From: Octopus bimaculoides
Lineage: Eukaryota
Assembly: GCF_001194135.2 (NCBI RefSeq)
Contig: NC_068981.1
Span: forward strand, 14,339,186 to 14,403,185
Length of the DNA: 64,000 nt
Direction: 5' to 3'
Position 1 is the stretch's first letter. Every line of letters starts with the position of its first letter. The notes under the pieces were generated by a model. It did no database searches, was not told the DNA's origin, and saw only the letters and a list, made by a program, of their open reading frames with translations. Position numbers and translations under genes: made by a program. This document shows positions 42,351-55,511 of the stretch, piece by piece.

Positions 42351-45300
42351 AAATCATGCTATTAATACCACCAATACGTAATCTTTATATCCGACTCAAC
42401 AAGTAAGCCTTATTAGAACACCGATTACTGAATTATTAGCCATGAGAAGTCCTCACATAGGCGCTTGGGCACATAAGCACAAACTTGGATCATAGCGAAA
42501 GAAATTACATTATCATGGACGCCGTAATTCCCATACCACGTGATTTCGGTTCATTGATACTCAGTGGGAGCACCGGTCACCGTATGACAGTAAAATCTCA
42601 CCATTACGATATCAAGACTATCAGCATCTTTTCAGATTTTGATGTTGCAAATAGTCAACAGATTTATCAAAAATTAATTATTTGCGAAGGAAGCAGTTTA
42701 ATACTAAAAGGTAATCTTTATATCCAACTTAACATGGATGCCTTATTAGAACACCGAATACTGGGTTATTAGCCTTGAGAGATTGCCTCATATAGGCGTT
42801 TGGTACATAATAGGTAGGGCATAAAGATCACCTTTTTGTTTTGCTATTAATAATGCTTCTGTCGCTAATTGCTGGCCATTTGCGACATCACCGATTGGAA
42901 AGTTGCTGAGTTCTATTTCTCGTAGCGGCGAAATTTCGCTGACATACGGTGACCAGTGCTTCATATTGATGTGGTGGAAGAGACGAAAAGCACGCAATGT
43001 AGGAAATATGGGGCCCACGAGAGATAGAATGACAGATGAGTTTCGTCTGCTACAATCCTTGTGTGCTTGTATATTCAAAGCTCCTACATGAGAGGATATT
43101 TCAAGGCTAATTCGGTATTCTAAAAGCCAGCCAAGTTAGGTTTCCTGTAAAGATTACTTTTTGTTATTAATACTACCTCCGTCACAAACAATTATGTTTC
43201 AATACTTATACCATTCGTGTCCCAAAAAGTATTTCACCGTTCTTCGTATACCTTGGGTGAAATCTATGAATTCTGAAAACCGTACATCTATTACATCAGA
43301 TTTTACATGTTATCAATATGCTTTCGTCTACTACATCTTGTTTTCAAATAGTCTTCTCTGTCCATTACCTAATTGTCATCAATCTAGAATGTTACACCAA
43401 GTTACCTTTTGTATGAATAAACAATCTTCAGTAGGGTTTAGCAAAACCTAAGTAATCAATCTGCATTATTTTTATTGCACTTTGTATCAAGTTCAGTTTA
43501 ATTACTGACGATTCATTACAAAATGATCGCCTTTTATACTTCTGAGTGGTTGTTGCACTCTCACAAAGATCAACAATTTTTTCCCCATTATCGCTTTATT
43601 ATATAATTGACTGAGTGCCTCAAAAAATAAAAAAAATATTGCTTCTTTTGGTGAGTAATTCATCGTATCACATACCCGTTGCGTTTCTAGTCTGAGCGAA
43701 TGCATTCAAAAACCATTCAAAGCAGACGACATAACGTGTTGCAACTCTTGTAGTTTAGTCATCAACTAGTACATTACTTATCTGTTAAGGCACTCAGAAT
43801 ACCATTGAATAAGTCATACTGACACATTTACTTCCATGGTAGGAATATAAAGATAATCGTCGCATGATGCTCTATATTTAAAGAGTTTCGGATTGAATCC
43901 TATGCAGGTTCAAACTCTAGACGGTTGTTCCTTCAAGTCTTTTATAATTTACTGATGAATAGTTAATCGAACCCAACTATATCTTGGAAACCATGTTTCC
44001 TTCCAATTAATTTTTGATCCTCAACACCTGCCAAATGCGCTTCAAATGGAGCAGTAATTTAATTCAATGCATCCTAAATAACTGTCACTGTTATGCCTTC
44101 TGGTCTTTCACCATTTACCGTAACCAATAACATTCTAATGTTCCAGCAATATTAATCCATTTGCTTATGTTATGAGATCAAGCGCCATTTAATAGGCTTG
44201 ATTCTCATCCTACAGACTGTCCTGGAGACCAAAATTACATTCTTCTCTCTATACCTATCTCTCATGATGTATAACAAATGATCACGCAAATACCGTCTTT
44301 TAAAAAAACTTTGATAATTGCATGGATAATTAACGCACTAATTACAAAATGCATTATAAAATTTAGGTACGAAACTATTTTCTGTATTTTAGGAATCCTT
44401 ATAATACTCATCTTTTCCCTACTTCTCATGAAATCATATTAGTTTCACTGGTCATAGAGCAACATAAACTTTGACACAAGAAAAAATAATGTTGCTTTGT
44501 CTTCATAGAAATGTTAATATAGACACAATAAGGATATTAAATTGTGTGTACCGTGTTTTGATAACTAGAATATACAAGTGTATCAAGTTATATTTAAATA
44601 TTTTCCTAATATAAGAGACGAACATGACAGTTTTATACTGAAGTAATCTTTCTACCATCTTAAATTCGTTTAAATAATCTTGTATAGTTTCCAACATAAT
44701 TCATCAGTCACATAACAAAAACATTCACATAAGCCACACCAGCAAACAGTTCCTTTACAAATATAGCCCTACACATACTTATATACATACATGATTGTGT
44801 AAACGTATATGAAACTACACACACACACAGACACACACACATGAATGTGTGTATAATTATTTTCTTTCATCTTTTACCACGGTCATGAGTCTGTTATTAG
44901 ACTTTATGGAATACAATATGGCATGAAAAATATAGCGTTCAATATAATGAACGTTACAACAATCGATCGTTTTGGATCATATTTTCCACAAATTATTCTT
45001 CTACAACCGACACAGGGTCACAACGAGGCTAAGACTTATGCTACAAATGTCTTTTCAGAGAATAATAAAACACTGAATAAATCATTATATTTCACCTGTA
45101 TTCACCTGACGTCTGCCATATGTTCTTCGGGTTACACTACTTTTAACTAATGTATAAACATCAAAAATATTTATCGAAGACAATATCACGCTTGTATTGA
45201 TGAATCGAAGAAAGTATTGTGGTGTTTTTTTTTCCTTCAGTTCTATTTACAATCATTATTTTTCTTTCATACATTTCTCTTTTCTCTTTCTACATGATTG

Positions 45301-45506
45301 CCCACATTAATAAAAGTTGTTAACATATGATTGCATATTATATCTACAGCAGGTTAATATTAAGAGAAAACCAGCCAAAACACCACGAAGTAACCCGAAT
45401 TCCACTAAAGGTTTACGTTATGAATATTCTCTTCGTAAGGTTCCCTTTATATAAATATTGCTGAGTAATGGTTTCGCTAGGCGAAGAAATATAGGCAATC
45501 CATGTT

Positions 45507-45540
<34 letters not shown>

Positions 45541-45924
45541 TTTTTCTGAGGAAAAAAAGAAATCGCATTGATACATAATTCCTTCATTGACTGGTACTGA
45601 AATCAAATATATATTCTGCGAATCGCCACAACGTTAAGTCAGTTCCTTCGATGCCAAGGGGCTTAGAATATCGGAAATATTTCCAAAGCACAGGTATGTA
45701 CATACTTATAAAAGAACACTTGTAAACGATAGAAATAACATAGAAATGTTTGGTATACACAACATACATAGCTCTATGTATAACATATATGTTTATTATA
45801 TGCTAATATCTTTTTCTTTTATACATTGCCGCTCCTTTTAGTGTAAAGTATCGTTTGGTATTTTCCAGCGTTGAATTGGGAATTTGCTCGCGTTAATTGC
45901 ATGTTGTCTTGGTCTTTTTGTAGA

Positions 45925-46480
45925 AGACTAGCATCGGATGGTTCCTTGATTGCTTGTATTCTATTGGTGTCGTCGGCGTGGCCAGTAAGTGTGGCTGTTT
46001 AGGTAACTGATGACATGTCTGGAAGAGCCACCATGAGCAGCAGTGGTCCCAATACAATTCCTCAGTCACTTCACTTCCTATTACTCCTTGGAGAGGGCTT
46101 CATTGGATGCTACGACCTGAATTTTGATCGATTCATTAATTGTTTCAAAATCCACTAAAAATCCTTTAAAATGTGTAAGGAAGATTTGTTGCTGGGTGTC
46201 AGAAATTGATTCATTATCTTCAAGGAACATTATTAGTTTCTTTCAGGCTATGCGTTCCAGGACAATGCTCACACGGGATGTTAGAGAGACAGGTCTATAG
46301 GTTTTAGCCACTGCTCTGCTCACCCCACTTTTGGATAGGGAATGTTATGCCTTCCTTTTACTTTTGGGGAATTCTCCCAATTGTGAGGAAGTCCTGGTAG
46401 AGGATCTGAAGTGGTTTTGCTACAGGCGGCTTGTCTTTATTTAGGATGATTGCTAGAAAACCACAGGGCCTCTAGATGAG
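45925..46480 (-). mobile_element. Decayed CR1/L2-like LINE RT fragment with an internal deletion
   Basis: Minus-strand translation VAKPLQILYQDFLTIGRIP / KTYRPVSLTSRVSIVLERI / GIVLGPLLLMVALPDM / GHADDT; same family as 62310-63860. Confidence 0.85.
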
Positions 46481-46815
46481 TTTGAGGGCATCAATTCCCT
46501 CTATATTGATGCTTTCAATAATTGCCATATATGATATTATATATATATATATATATATNNNNNNNNNNNNNNNNNNNNNNNNNNNNNNNNNNNNNNNNNN
46601 NNNNNNNNNNNNNNNNNNNNNNNNNNNNNNNNNNNNNNNNNNNNNNNNNNNNNNNNNNNNNNNNNNNNNNNNNNNNNNNNNNNNNNNNNNNNNNNNNNNN
46701 NNNNNNNNNNNNNNNNNNNNNNNNNNNNNNNNNNNNNNNNNNNNNNNNNNNNNNNNNNNNNNNNNNNNNNNNNNNNNNNNNNNNNNNNNNNNNNNNNTAT
46801 ATATATATATATATG

Positions 46816-46905
46816 CATGTGGCTCTGTTGCAAGTAGCTTGCTTACCAAACACATGGTTCTGTGTTCTACTATAGCTTCGGGTCGACCAGAGCCTTGTGA
46901 GTGGA
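46816..46905 (+). mobile_element. SINE family A, deleted 5' fragment
   Basis: GTAGCTTGCTTACCAAACACATGGTTC...GCCTTGTGAGTGGAT. Confidence 0.8.
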
Positions 46906-47188
46906 TATATATATATATGCATATATATTTATATATATGTGTATGTATATATATGTATATATATGCACATATATTTATGTATATATTTGTTTATATATAT
47001 ATGTACATATATGTATGTATATATATATGCATATATTATATATGTGTATATATATATATATGTGTGTGTATGTATATATATGTATGTATATGCACATATA
47101 TTTATATATATATTTGTTTATATATATATGTACATACATGTATGTATATTTATATATATATTTATGCATATATATGTGTATATATATG

Positions 47189-47223
<35 letters not shown>

Positions 47224-48055
47224 TAAGTTTGGTACGAGGTCGGCAACTTTAATTCGTTGTCCTCAGTAGTTTAAAGCTACTTTATTTTATTGAACCAGAG
47301 GTATGAATGGCAAAATTGTCCTCAGTGTTATTTGAACTCAGAACGTATAGGAAATGTTGGTCAGCATTTTCTCAGACTTACAGAGTTTCTGTCAGGTCAC
47401 TGCATTAATATAGAGACACAATAATTCAGAATATACTTCTTTGATTGTGTAAACGGATACCGGCCTTCGGTTAATGCCACCAATACAGAAAATAAAAAGT
47501 TTCATTTTACATGAAATGTTTCAAAATCTATCCGTGTGCAGGTTTAACAATACTAGATCTATGAATTGCATCGGCAGTTTATAGTGATTCCTATATAATC
47601 TTCAAGTTTGGAATATCAAATTTACAAACAATCGCCTATTGAGATGGATAGCTGAATAGTTAAAGTAGCTGTGAACCAGCAAGCAAATCGGTTGATTCAT
47701 GTCAAAATCCAATAAGTTAGCGCGCGCGCATATAACTACTACCTTTCTATCTCAAACTTAAGTAGGCACCTTACCATAGAATTTATCGCTGTATACGATA
47801 AATTCGAAGTAAAATAGAGAATGATTCTTTGTACGGAAGTAAAATGTAACTCATTGAAATACTAACTTATACGGCGTTCTCCTCTTATCCAATGAAAATT
47901 TTACTGTAATACACTGAAGAACCCATAGCTTTATAGATGTTCGCGAAAGGGAAATGATAGATATTTTCCATAAATTTCTTGTATAATATACAGATACGCT
48001 CCAAAATATATTCATCCTTCATGTCACAAATGCATGAAAATATCATTCAGTATTA

Positions 48056-48462
48056 GGCGCAGGAGTGGCTGTGTGGTAAGTAGCTTGCGAACCAAACACA
48101 TGGTTCTGGGTTCGGTCCCACTGCGTGGCACATTAAGCAAGCGTCTTCTACTATATCCTCGGGCCACCAAAGGCTTCTGAGTGGATTTGGAGGACGGAAA
48201 CTGAAAGGAGCCCGTCGTATATATATATATATATATATGCGTGTATATATATATGCGTATGTATATGTTTGTATGTCTGTGTGTCCCCCTAACAACGCTT
48301 GACTACACATGCTGGTGTGTTTACGTCCCCGTAACTTAGCGGTTCGGCAAAACTGACCAATAGAGTAAGTACTAAGCTTACAAAGAATAAGTCTTGGGGT
48401 CGATTTGCTTGACTAAATGCGGTGCTCCTGCATGGCCACAGTCAAATGACTGAAACAAATGA
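48056..48462 (+). mobile_element. SINE family A, full length
   Basis: GGCGCAGGAGTGGCTGTGTGGTAAG (A-box), GGGTTCGGTCCC (B-box), central (TA)n/(TG)n, and 3' GCGGTGCTCCTGCATGGCCACAGTCAAATGACTGAAACAA. Confidence 0.93.
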
Positions 48463-48527
48463 GTATTATTTCTGATGTATCTGAAATCAATAAGATCGAC
48501 AAAATTCTTAATTCACTTGAAGAAAGT

Positions 48528-49860
48528 TAGTCCTTAAACCCAGAGCCCAAAATTTCTCGATCGGTATTACATAGCGTGAATAATTCTTATGGGAATTTTT
48601 GACTTGCTATATATCTGTAGTATCCATTTATATCTGATAGCCTTGTCGGAATGGTAGTTTAGTAGTAATTATCAATTAGAAACCGCATACAAATATTTCA
48701 CAGACATCTTTTATTTTGACTATTGCAAGGGCCCAAAAATTATCCACAAACCAGAATTTAATCAGTATGCGTTTATACTTAACATGAAATTTGCACGTTT
48801 CATATGCACGATATATCATGAAAATAAAACCAAACATGACGCATCAAAAGTCATGCCAAGTGTGATCAATTGTTTTCAAGTCAATAAAGATTTTCTGGTA
48901 GTATAGCAGCTGCAGATTAGCGAGGTTCTAGACCTGCCTTCGATGCCCAGCATACCATGAAGCTAATCATCGTGCTCATCCTCAAATCCATCGGTTCTAT
49001 TTCTGGCTCACTGTCGCCGAATTACGAAGATTGGTTGTCGTGTTTGTAGCTTGCACGTGTCTGTGCACCTTAAGCCATTGCTGAGGCAGCTACATGCTGT
49101 TAGTTTGCAGGAACGCGTACATTTTTAGGATAAATGCTAAAGTGCTGCATCTAGAGCCAGAGCCGCGCACCCAAGCAATGGTGAGATCACTCTCTTTGTC
49201 CAACCACAGTCGATGTAGCTTGAAACAAATGGTTGGGCCTGTAGACATCTTCTCCAGATGGCTGATTGGTTGTTTGCACGAAGAGCATGCATGAACAGGC
49301 AGTCTTCACATGGATGTAATTGGCTCAACTCAATTTCTCCACGTCGAGCGCAAAAGAACTTGTATCGAAGTTTATTTTCTTCAGTCGTTGAAGCAGAAAG
49401 CAAGTACATATTGCAGGTTATCACCTGTAGCTTTTGAAACAGTTCATAAGATACATCCCAAGCATACTCCAGTTCACTGAAGTATTCTTGGATGGTCTTG
49501 TTGGATTTCATCTGTTGGAACTTTGTCAGTTATCCACGGCCGGCAAAGGCACTGACTGTATCACAACCTGTGAATGCATGAATGACACTCAAAGCATCAG
49601 AAATACTATCTCCCAGTGCATGACTCATTTTCGTATCGTCAAGGAAGCGTGTTCTTAGTAACACACTTCTGATACAGGGAGCACGGGAGTTTGCTAGAGC
49701 CGAGGCACAAAATCAGAACATCGGTATCCTCAGCTTTGTTTTGCCACAAGTAACAGCAAACACCAGGTTAATTTCTATTTCCGAAAGAAGTAGCATGTCG
49801 CTTGACCCTTTCCGAGGGATTTGTACACTTGTTTTCCCTAGTCAGCATGGAACAGAGAAA
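48528..49860 (-). mobile_element. Probable Academ (XPG-type) DNA-transposon remnant: 3' part of the ORF plus terminus
   Basis: Minus-strand translation AEDTDVLILCL...IHAFTGCDTVSAFAGRG (XPG/FEN1 H3TH-like) ...LRYKFFC..GEIE...PCEDCLFMHALRAN.Q.AIWRRCL..., then Cys-rich KCTRSCKLTACSCLSNGLRCTDTCKL. Disrupted by stops and frameshifts. Putative terminus TAG at 48528-48530. Confidence 0.7.
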
Positions 49861-49913
49861 TTTGGTAACAGTCGGGAATGACATTTTGCTCGGTGATTGG
49901 TGGCCAATCACCG

Positions 49914-50219
49914 AAGTTCTCCATCAACCACTATACTCACCTGATCTTGCCCCCGCTGACTAACACTTCCAGAATTTGGATAACGTTTTGATAGGAAAAA
50001 AAAATTAAATTCCTACGATGTTGTAAAACAGGCCTTGCAAGACTTTATTGACGCTAGATTGCCAGGCTTTTACAGTTCGTAGAAGGACAAGCAACCGCTC
50101 AAATAGCAAAAGTGTATCGACAATATAGTCGCATAGTTTGATGAATAAAATTATTCCTTGTATTTATAAGACATTACCAAATGTTTTTTTTACCATATTT
50201 AATACTTGGTGACCTAATA
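49914..50219 (+). mobile_element. Mariner transposase C-terminal remnant with right TIR
   Basis: EVLHQPLYSPDLAPAD*HFQNLDNVLIGKK...DFIDAR..GFY...KCID matches HPPYSPDLAPSDY...; ends TACTTGGTGACCTAATA with a terminal TA. Confidence 0.85.
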
Positions 50220-50972
50220 TAAAATGTTTTATTTGTGTGAAATGGTTAGTTTAATAAACTAGAAACGAAAACCATTACGCTTCTGTCAAACAATTTAAAT
50301 CTAAGACATATATTAAAGACGGATCATTGTAATTATTACAATGTAGTATATAATTGCACGAAATTTAGACTTACTGTTGTACATATAAAAATATATTTCA
50401 TCCTTACTTTCAAACTATCCACACATACAGGGAATATCACAATCAAAACACACTGTTCATGATGATGATGATGCCGATATGTATAGTAGTTAAGGAAGAC
50501 ATTGACCATTAATGAGATTAATGTCTGTAACAGGATTAAAATTCATGGTAGTAAAAAAATACCTAATCACCATTGCATTATTAAATATTGTCACGCTTTT
50601 AAAATAGCTTGAATATGTGGAGGCGTAAGTTATTGACGGATAAATATTCCTCTAAAATTAATTATGAGCCGGATTTCGAAATGTTATTAGCCACATATTT
50701 AAAGCATATTAAAAAAACTCTCAGTGAAGTAAATTATCGGATTTAAAGCGTTAATGTAACCAGTTTCATTCTTAGTGCTTACAAGATCATATCACTAATG
50801 GGTGAGTTTAGCTTTCATCTACATCCTGACGATGGATTAAATACGAGTTTATAACTCTATAGGCTATATAGTATAGACTACATCACGTCTGCAAAAAAAA
50901 GGATTTTTGCCCACGCGAATAAAGATTTCATCATATATTAGCAAAGATTCAGGTATAATAGAAATAAAACCT

Positions 50973-51308
50973 AAGGCGGCGGGCTAGCAGAAACGTTAGC
51001 AAGGCGGCGAACTGGCAGAAACGTTAGCAAGGCGGCGAGCTGGCAAAAACGTTAGCAAGGCGGTGAGCTGGCAGAAACGTTAGCAAGGCGGCGAACTGGC
51101 AGAAACGTTAGCAAGGCGGTGAGCTGGCAGAAACGTTAGCAAGGCGGTGAGCTGGCAGAAACGTTAGCAAGGCGACGAGCTGGCAGAAACGTCAGCAACA
51201 CGGCGAGCTGGAAGAAACGTTAGCAAGGCGACGAGCTGGCAGAAACGTTAGCAAGGCGGCGAGCTGGAAGAAACGTTAGCAAGGCGGCGAGCTGGAAGAA
51301 ACGTTAGC
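50973..51308 (+). repeat. Tandem array of 12 x 28-bp units (AAGGCGGCGAGCTGGCAGAAACGTTAGC), the SINE family B head
   Basis: Units counted directly at an exact 28-bp period; 0-3 substitutions each; no spacers. Confidence 0.97.
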
Positions 51309-51520
51309 ACGGTGGGCGAAATGCTTAGCGGTATTTCGTCTGCCGATACGTTCTGAGTTCAAATTCCGCCGAGGTCGAATTTGCCTTTCATCCTTAGGGA
51401 GTCGATTAAATAAGTACCAGTTACACACTTGGGTGGATATAATCGACTTAAACCGTTTTTCTGTCCTTCTTTGTCCCATTTGTGTGTAGCCCCTTCTGGG
51501 CAGTAAAGAAATAAGAAATA
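51281..51520 (+). mobile_element. SINE family B, long-tail variant, continuing from the last array unit
   Basis: Head, AAATGCTTAGCGGTATTTCG, B-box GAGTTCAAATTCC, and tail GTAAAGAAATAAGAAA. Confidence 0.92.
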
Positions 51521-52460
51521 AAACCTTGATAAAATAAAACAACCAACCATGTTGCATGCATTTAAATTGATACAAGAAATTTGTTATAACTGAGTGAGAC
51601 AAAGAAAGCATTTAAATTAATTTCCTTTGAAATTTTGTTCTATGTATTTAAACATATACTGCTATTTTTGTTACGTCCAAGTAAGGCCTGGTCAAGTAAG
51701 CTTATGATGAAAGACATTTCAGTTGTAACTAAAATTTGATTTCCTTGATGAATATTAGACTGCTTTTTCTAGCAGGTCGAACCACCACATACAATCTCTC
51801 GTTGGCATAATTTGTACTGCAGTATACTGATGTGTAGCTTCAGAGAAGCTCATTTCATTTTCAAATATGATCAGAGTTATATCAGTATAGCAAATCTCGC
51901 TGATTGTTACTGAAACCTCGGTCTGAATTATTCAGCATATGTTCTCATTACCAGACAGTAGAGTGCAATATAAAGATGAGGTGTTTGTAATTTTTAACTC
52001 TCCTTGTGATTACATAGTTGCTTACTCTTTGTGTTGTGTTTATGTTTAACTTACATCCACCACAGAATTACTAATATTAGATGAATTGTGTGCACTCATT
52101 AATTAGCTTTTGAAAAGTAAGCGAGATCGTTTACACAGACTCTATGAAACAAGAACATTTCCAAACATATCGACTGCAACAAACAGAAATTAACCAAATT
52201 TATTTCAGTTCGCAATTACAATAATTCATATTGTGATAATGAAATGTTTTCAGTACGTTTTGTCAACTATTTTGATGCTAAACGAGATAAGATAATTAAC
52301 ATTTTGAAATAAATGCACTTTGTAAATGCATAGAGTGGTATAAATAAAATGTCTGTGACTTCATATCGAACTTATGTTCCACTATTATGGTCATCTCCCA
52401 TCTGCCAACATTAATTCTAGGATGTGAATGTACCACAATATAGAGTTCGCTAACATATAT

Positions 52461-52863
52461 CTTTTATCTTTTACTTGTGTCAGTTCTTAGACTGCGGCCA
52501 TGCTGGGTCACCGCCTTGAAGAATCTTAGTCAAACGAGCTTCAGCCGAGTACTTTTTTCCACAAATCTGGTACTTGTTCTATCGGACCTTCTAGGCTGAA
52601 CCGCTAGGTTACGGGACGTAAATACACTAACACCGGTTGTCAAGTGGTGGTGTGGAAAAACACAAACACACACACATTGGCACGCGCGTTTATATCAATC
52701 TATATACGACGAGATTGTTTTTGTGTCTGTCTACCAAATCCACCCGCAAAAATTTGGTCAGCCTGGGGCTATAGCAGGAGACACTTGTCCAAGTTTCCTC
52801 ACATTGGGGCTCAACCAGATTTCATGTGGCTGGAAAGCAAACTTCCAACTACACAGCACGCTC
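52461..52863 (-). mobile_element. SINE family A, diverged full length
   Basis: Reverse complement has the head, a central CA/TA tract and tail AAGGCGGTGACCCAGCATGGCCGCAGTC. Confidence 0.85.
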
Positions 52864-53100
52864 ATAGTTTACCTTTAATCTCTTATCTCTCTCTTTACTG
52901 TATCTACACGATTCACAACAATAAACCAAAATACATGAATTACATACTGCACAAGAGAAGGATGATTACTATGTGAGATTCCTTTTGTTTTCATGAATAC
53001 TAGTAACATATGGAACCTCGACAATTGCCTTGCAACTAAAGAAAATGTTAAAGGTTGTTGACATCATTATATATATCCAGCCACAAGAAAGTCTTTAGCT

Positions 53101-53441
53101 AAGTGGTTCTGAAAGTGGGCAGTACTGACGCCATGGTCCGGTGGAAATTTCCAAGGGGTCGTTGAAGAAAAGTGGGACGATAATAGGGTAACGATTCATG
53201 TAAAAATTGGAGCGATAATGGGGTAGCGATTCATGTAAAATGTGGGAGCAATAATGGGGTAAGGAGTCATGTAATAGCAACAAAATAATGGATTCATCAG
53301 GTTAAGTTTTTCTGAAATACAATTGCTTTGAATTTGCTTCAGAAACAGGTATATGCTTGTCTTGGTTAGGTGGGTCTGGGGCGCTAGGAATGTGACCTGG
53401 ACGAGAAGGGGCGTTAGCCTAGAAAAGGCTGAGAACCGCTG
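53101..53441. mobile_element. hAT (Charlie-type) MITE
   Basis: Left end AAGTGGTTCTGAAA versus right end (reverse complement) CAGCGGTTCTCAGC. 8-bp target-site duplication CTTTAGCT (53093-53100) / CTTTAACT (53442-53449), 7/8 identical. Confidence 0.75.
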
Positions 53442-54991
53442 CTTTAACTTATCGTTCCACCTGTTAAAAATAAGAAGACACAACTCCCTGAAATGACACT
53501 GACGCCTTAGAAAAAGAGTCATAGATACATATCGTCCGACTATGACATGGTGACGCCTCACTGACAATCTTTACACTATAGATATGTTAGGCCAGTGCTG
53601 ACCAAGGGCTAAACTAGAAAATACTCATGTCATTATTTGGTTACATTTAATGGGCATATTTAGATAAATTTACTAATATAATAATGGTTAAATTTGATAA
53701 TATAACAATATTCGATAATATATTTTATGGTCTTAACAATATTAAGGACTTTTTTACTCCTTTAAATTATTCGATATGATAATTAATTCCTCTAAATTAA
53801 TAGTGATAGTAACATTTCCATTCATTCTAGTCGCAATTAATATATCAAACTCTAAGTGGGCAATGACTGACAGACGTTGAGTATTAAAGCACACTTTGCC
53901 AAATGTATATATATATATATATNNNNNNNNNNNNNNNNNNNNNNNNNNNNNNNNNNNNNNNNNNNNNNNNNNNNNNNNNNNNNNNNNNNNNNNNNNNNNN
54001 NNNNNNNNNNNNNNNNNNNNNNNNNNNNNNNNNNNNNNNNNNNNNNNNNNNNNNNNNNNNNNNNNNNNNNNNNNNNNNNNNNNNNNNNNNNNNNNNNNNN
54101 NNNNNNNNNNNNNNNNNNNNNNNNNNNNNNNNNNNNNNNNNNNNNNNNNNNNNNNNNNNNNNNNNNNNNNNNNNNNNNNNNNNNNNNNNNNNNNNNNNNN
54201 NNNNNNNNNNNNNNNNNNNNNNNNNNNNNNNNNNNNNNNNNNNNNNNNNNNNNNNNNNNNNNNNNNNNNNNNNNNNNNNNNNNNNNNNNNNNNNNNNNNN
54301 NNNNNNNNNNNNNNNNNNNNNNNNNNNNNNNNNNNNNNNNNNNNNNNNNNNNNNNNNNNNNNNNNNNNNNNNNNNNNNNNNNNNNNNNNNNNNNNNNNNN
54401 NNNNNNNNNNNNNNNNNNNNNNNNNNNNNNNNNNNNNNNNNNNNNNNNNNNNNNNNNNNNNNNNNNNNNNNNNNNNNNNNNNNNNNNNNNNNNNNNNNNN
54501 NNNNNNNNNNNNNNNNNNNNNNNNNNNNNNNNNNNNNNNNNNNNNNNNNNNNNNNNNNNNNNNNNNNTATATATATATATATATATATATGCATGTGTAT
54601 ATACAGAGCACGAGAGGGAGAGAGAGAGAGATAAATAGAGAGAAAGAAAGGGAGAAAGAATGAGAGAAGAATTTAAATGCGGTGCTCATTTGGAAATTTA
54701 CGATTTCGTATATTAACCTTGATTTTGATGTAGTTTGCCATTAAACCAAAATAACATATTCGCGGATCATGTAAGAGATCTTTATCTTCTGAATTTTATA
54801 CTTAAGAGGGCAATTAATCACCATTAGTAACTAGCGTACAGACCATAACATAAGCTGGGATCTTATAAATAGAAAATTTAGATCTCCGTTCAGAGATTAC
54901 ATCTGTTCTTGTTTTTTTTGTAACAAGGTTTACAATAAGCGCTATTGATATCAGATCCACACACAGATACACGCCCAGGCGTACAATGTGT

Positions 54992-55042
<51 letters not shown>

Positions 55043-55473
55043 TGTGTGTGTGTACACGCGCGTGCTTGTGCACTGGTTAGCCGATGAAATAACTCAACGT
55101 AGTTACACCGGAATTCTCGCTATAGCGCCCCTCATACGACAAGGCCATTACATTTGTGATTTACTTTGTCATCTGGAAAGAAAAGGAAACTAAAGCATGC
55201 ATCACAGATGTTTGGAAGGGCGACAGAATACTTGAGAAATCTTCGAACGAATAAATTATACTTTAGTACATAAACTGAGTTTCTATTAACAAAACACAAG
55301 TTTTTTCCTCTAATACTCACTTAGAGAAAGGAAGATATGTATTACCATATGCAAATGCTAATACGTTGAAAACCACTCACATAGGCATATATTACAGAAA
55401 TCTCTTGACTATCTCGGGTGTTGCGCAACAAAAACCCTCAGGATGGATGAAAATCCGCGAAGCAGATACAGTA

Positions 55474-55511
<38 letters not shown>

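Noticed and set aside
44660-44715. CTGATGA...GAAAC on the minus strand (similar case near 39500-39535)
   Set aside because: No stem II pairing and no convincing NUH/stem I geometry.
50973-51308. CRISPR-like appearance of the 28-bp array
   Set aside because: Units abut with no unique spacers, match the SINE head, and the context is eukaryotic with no cas genes.
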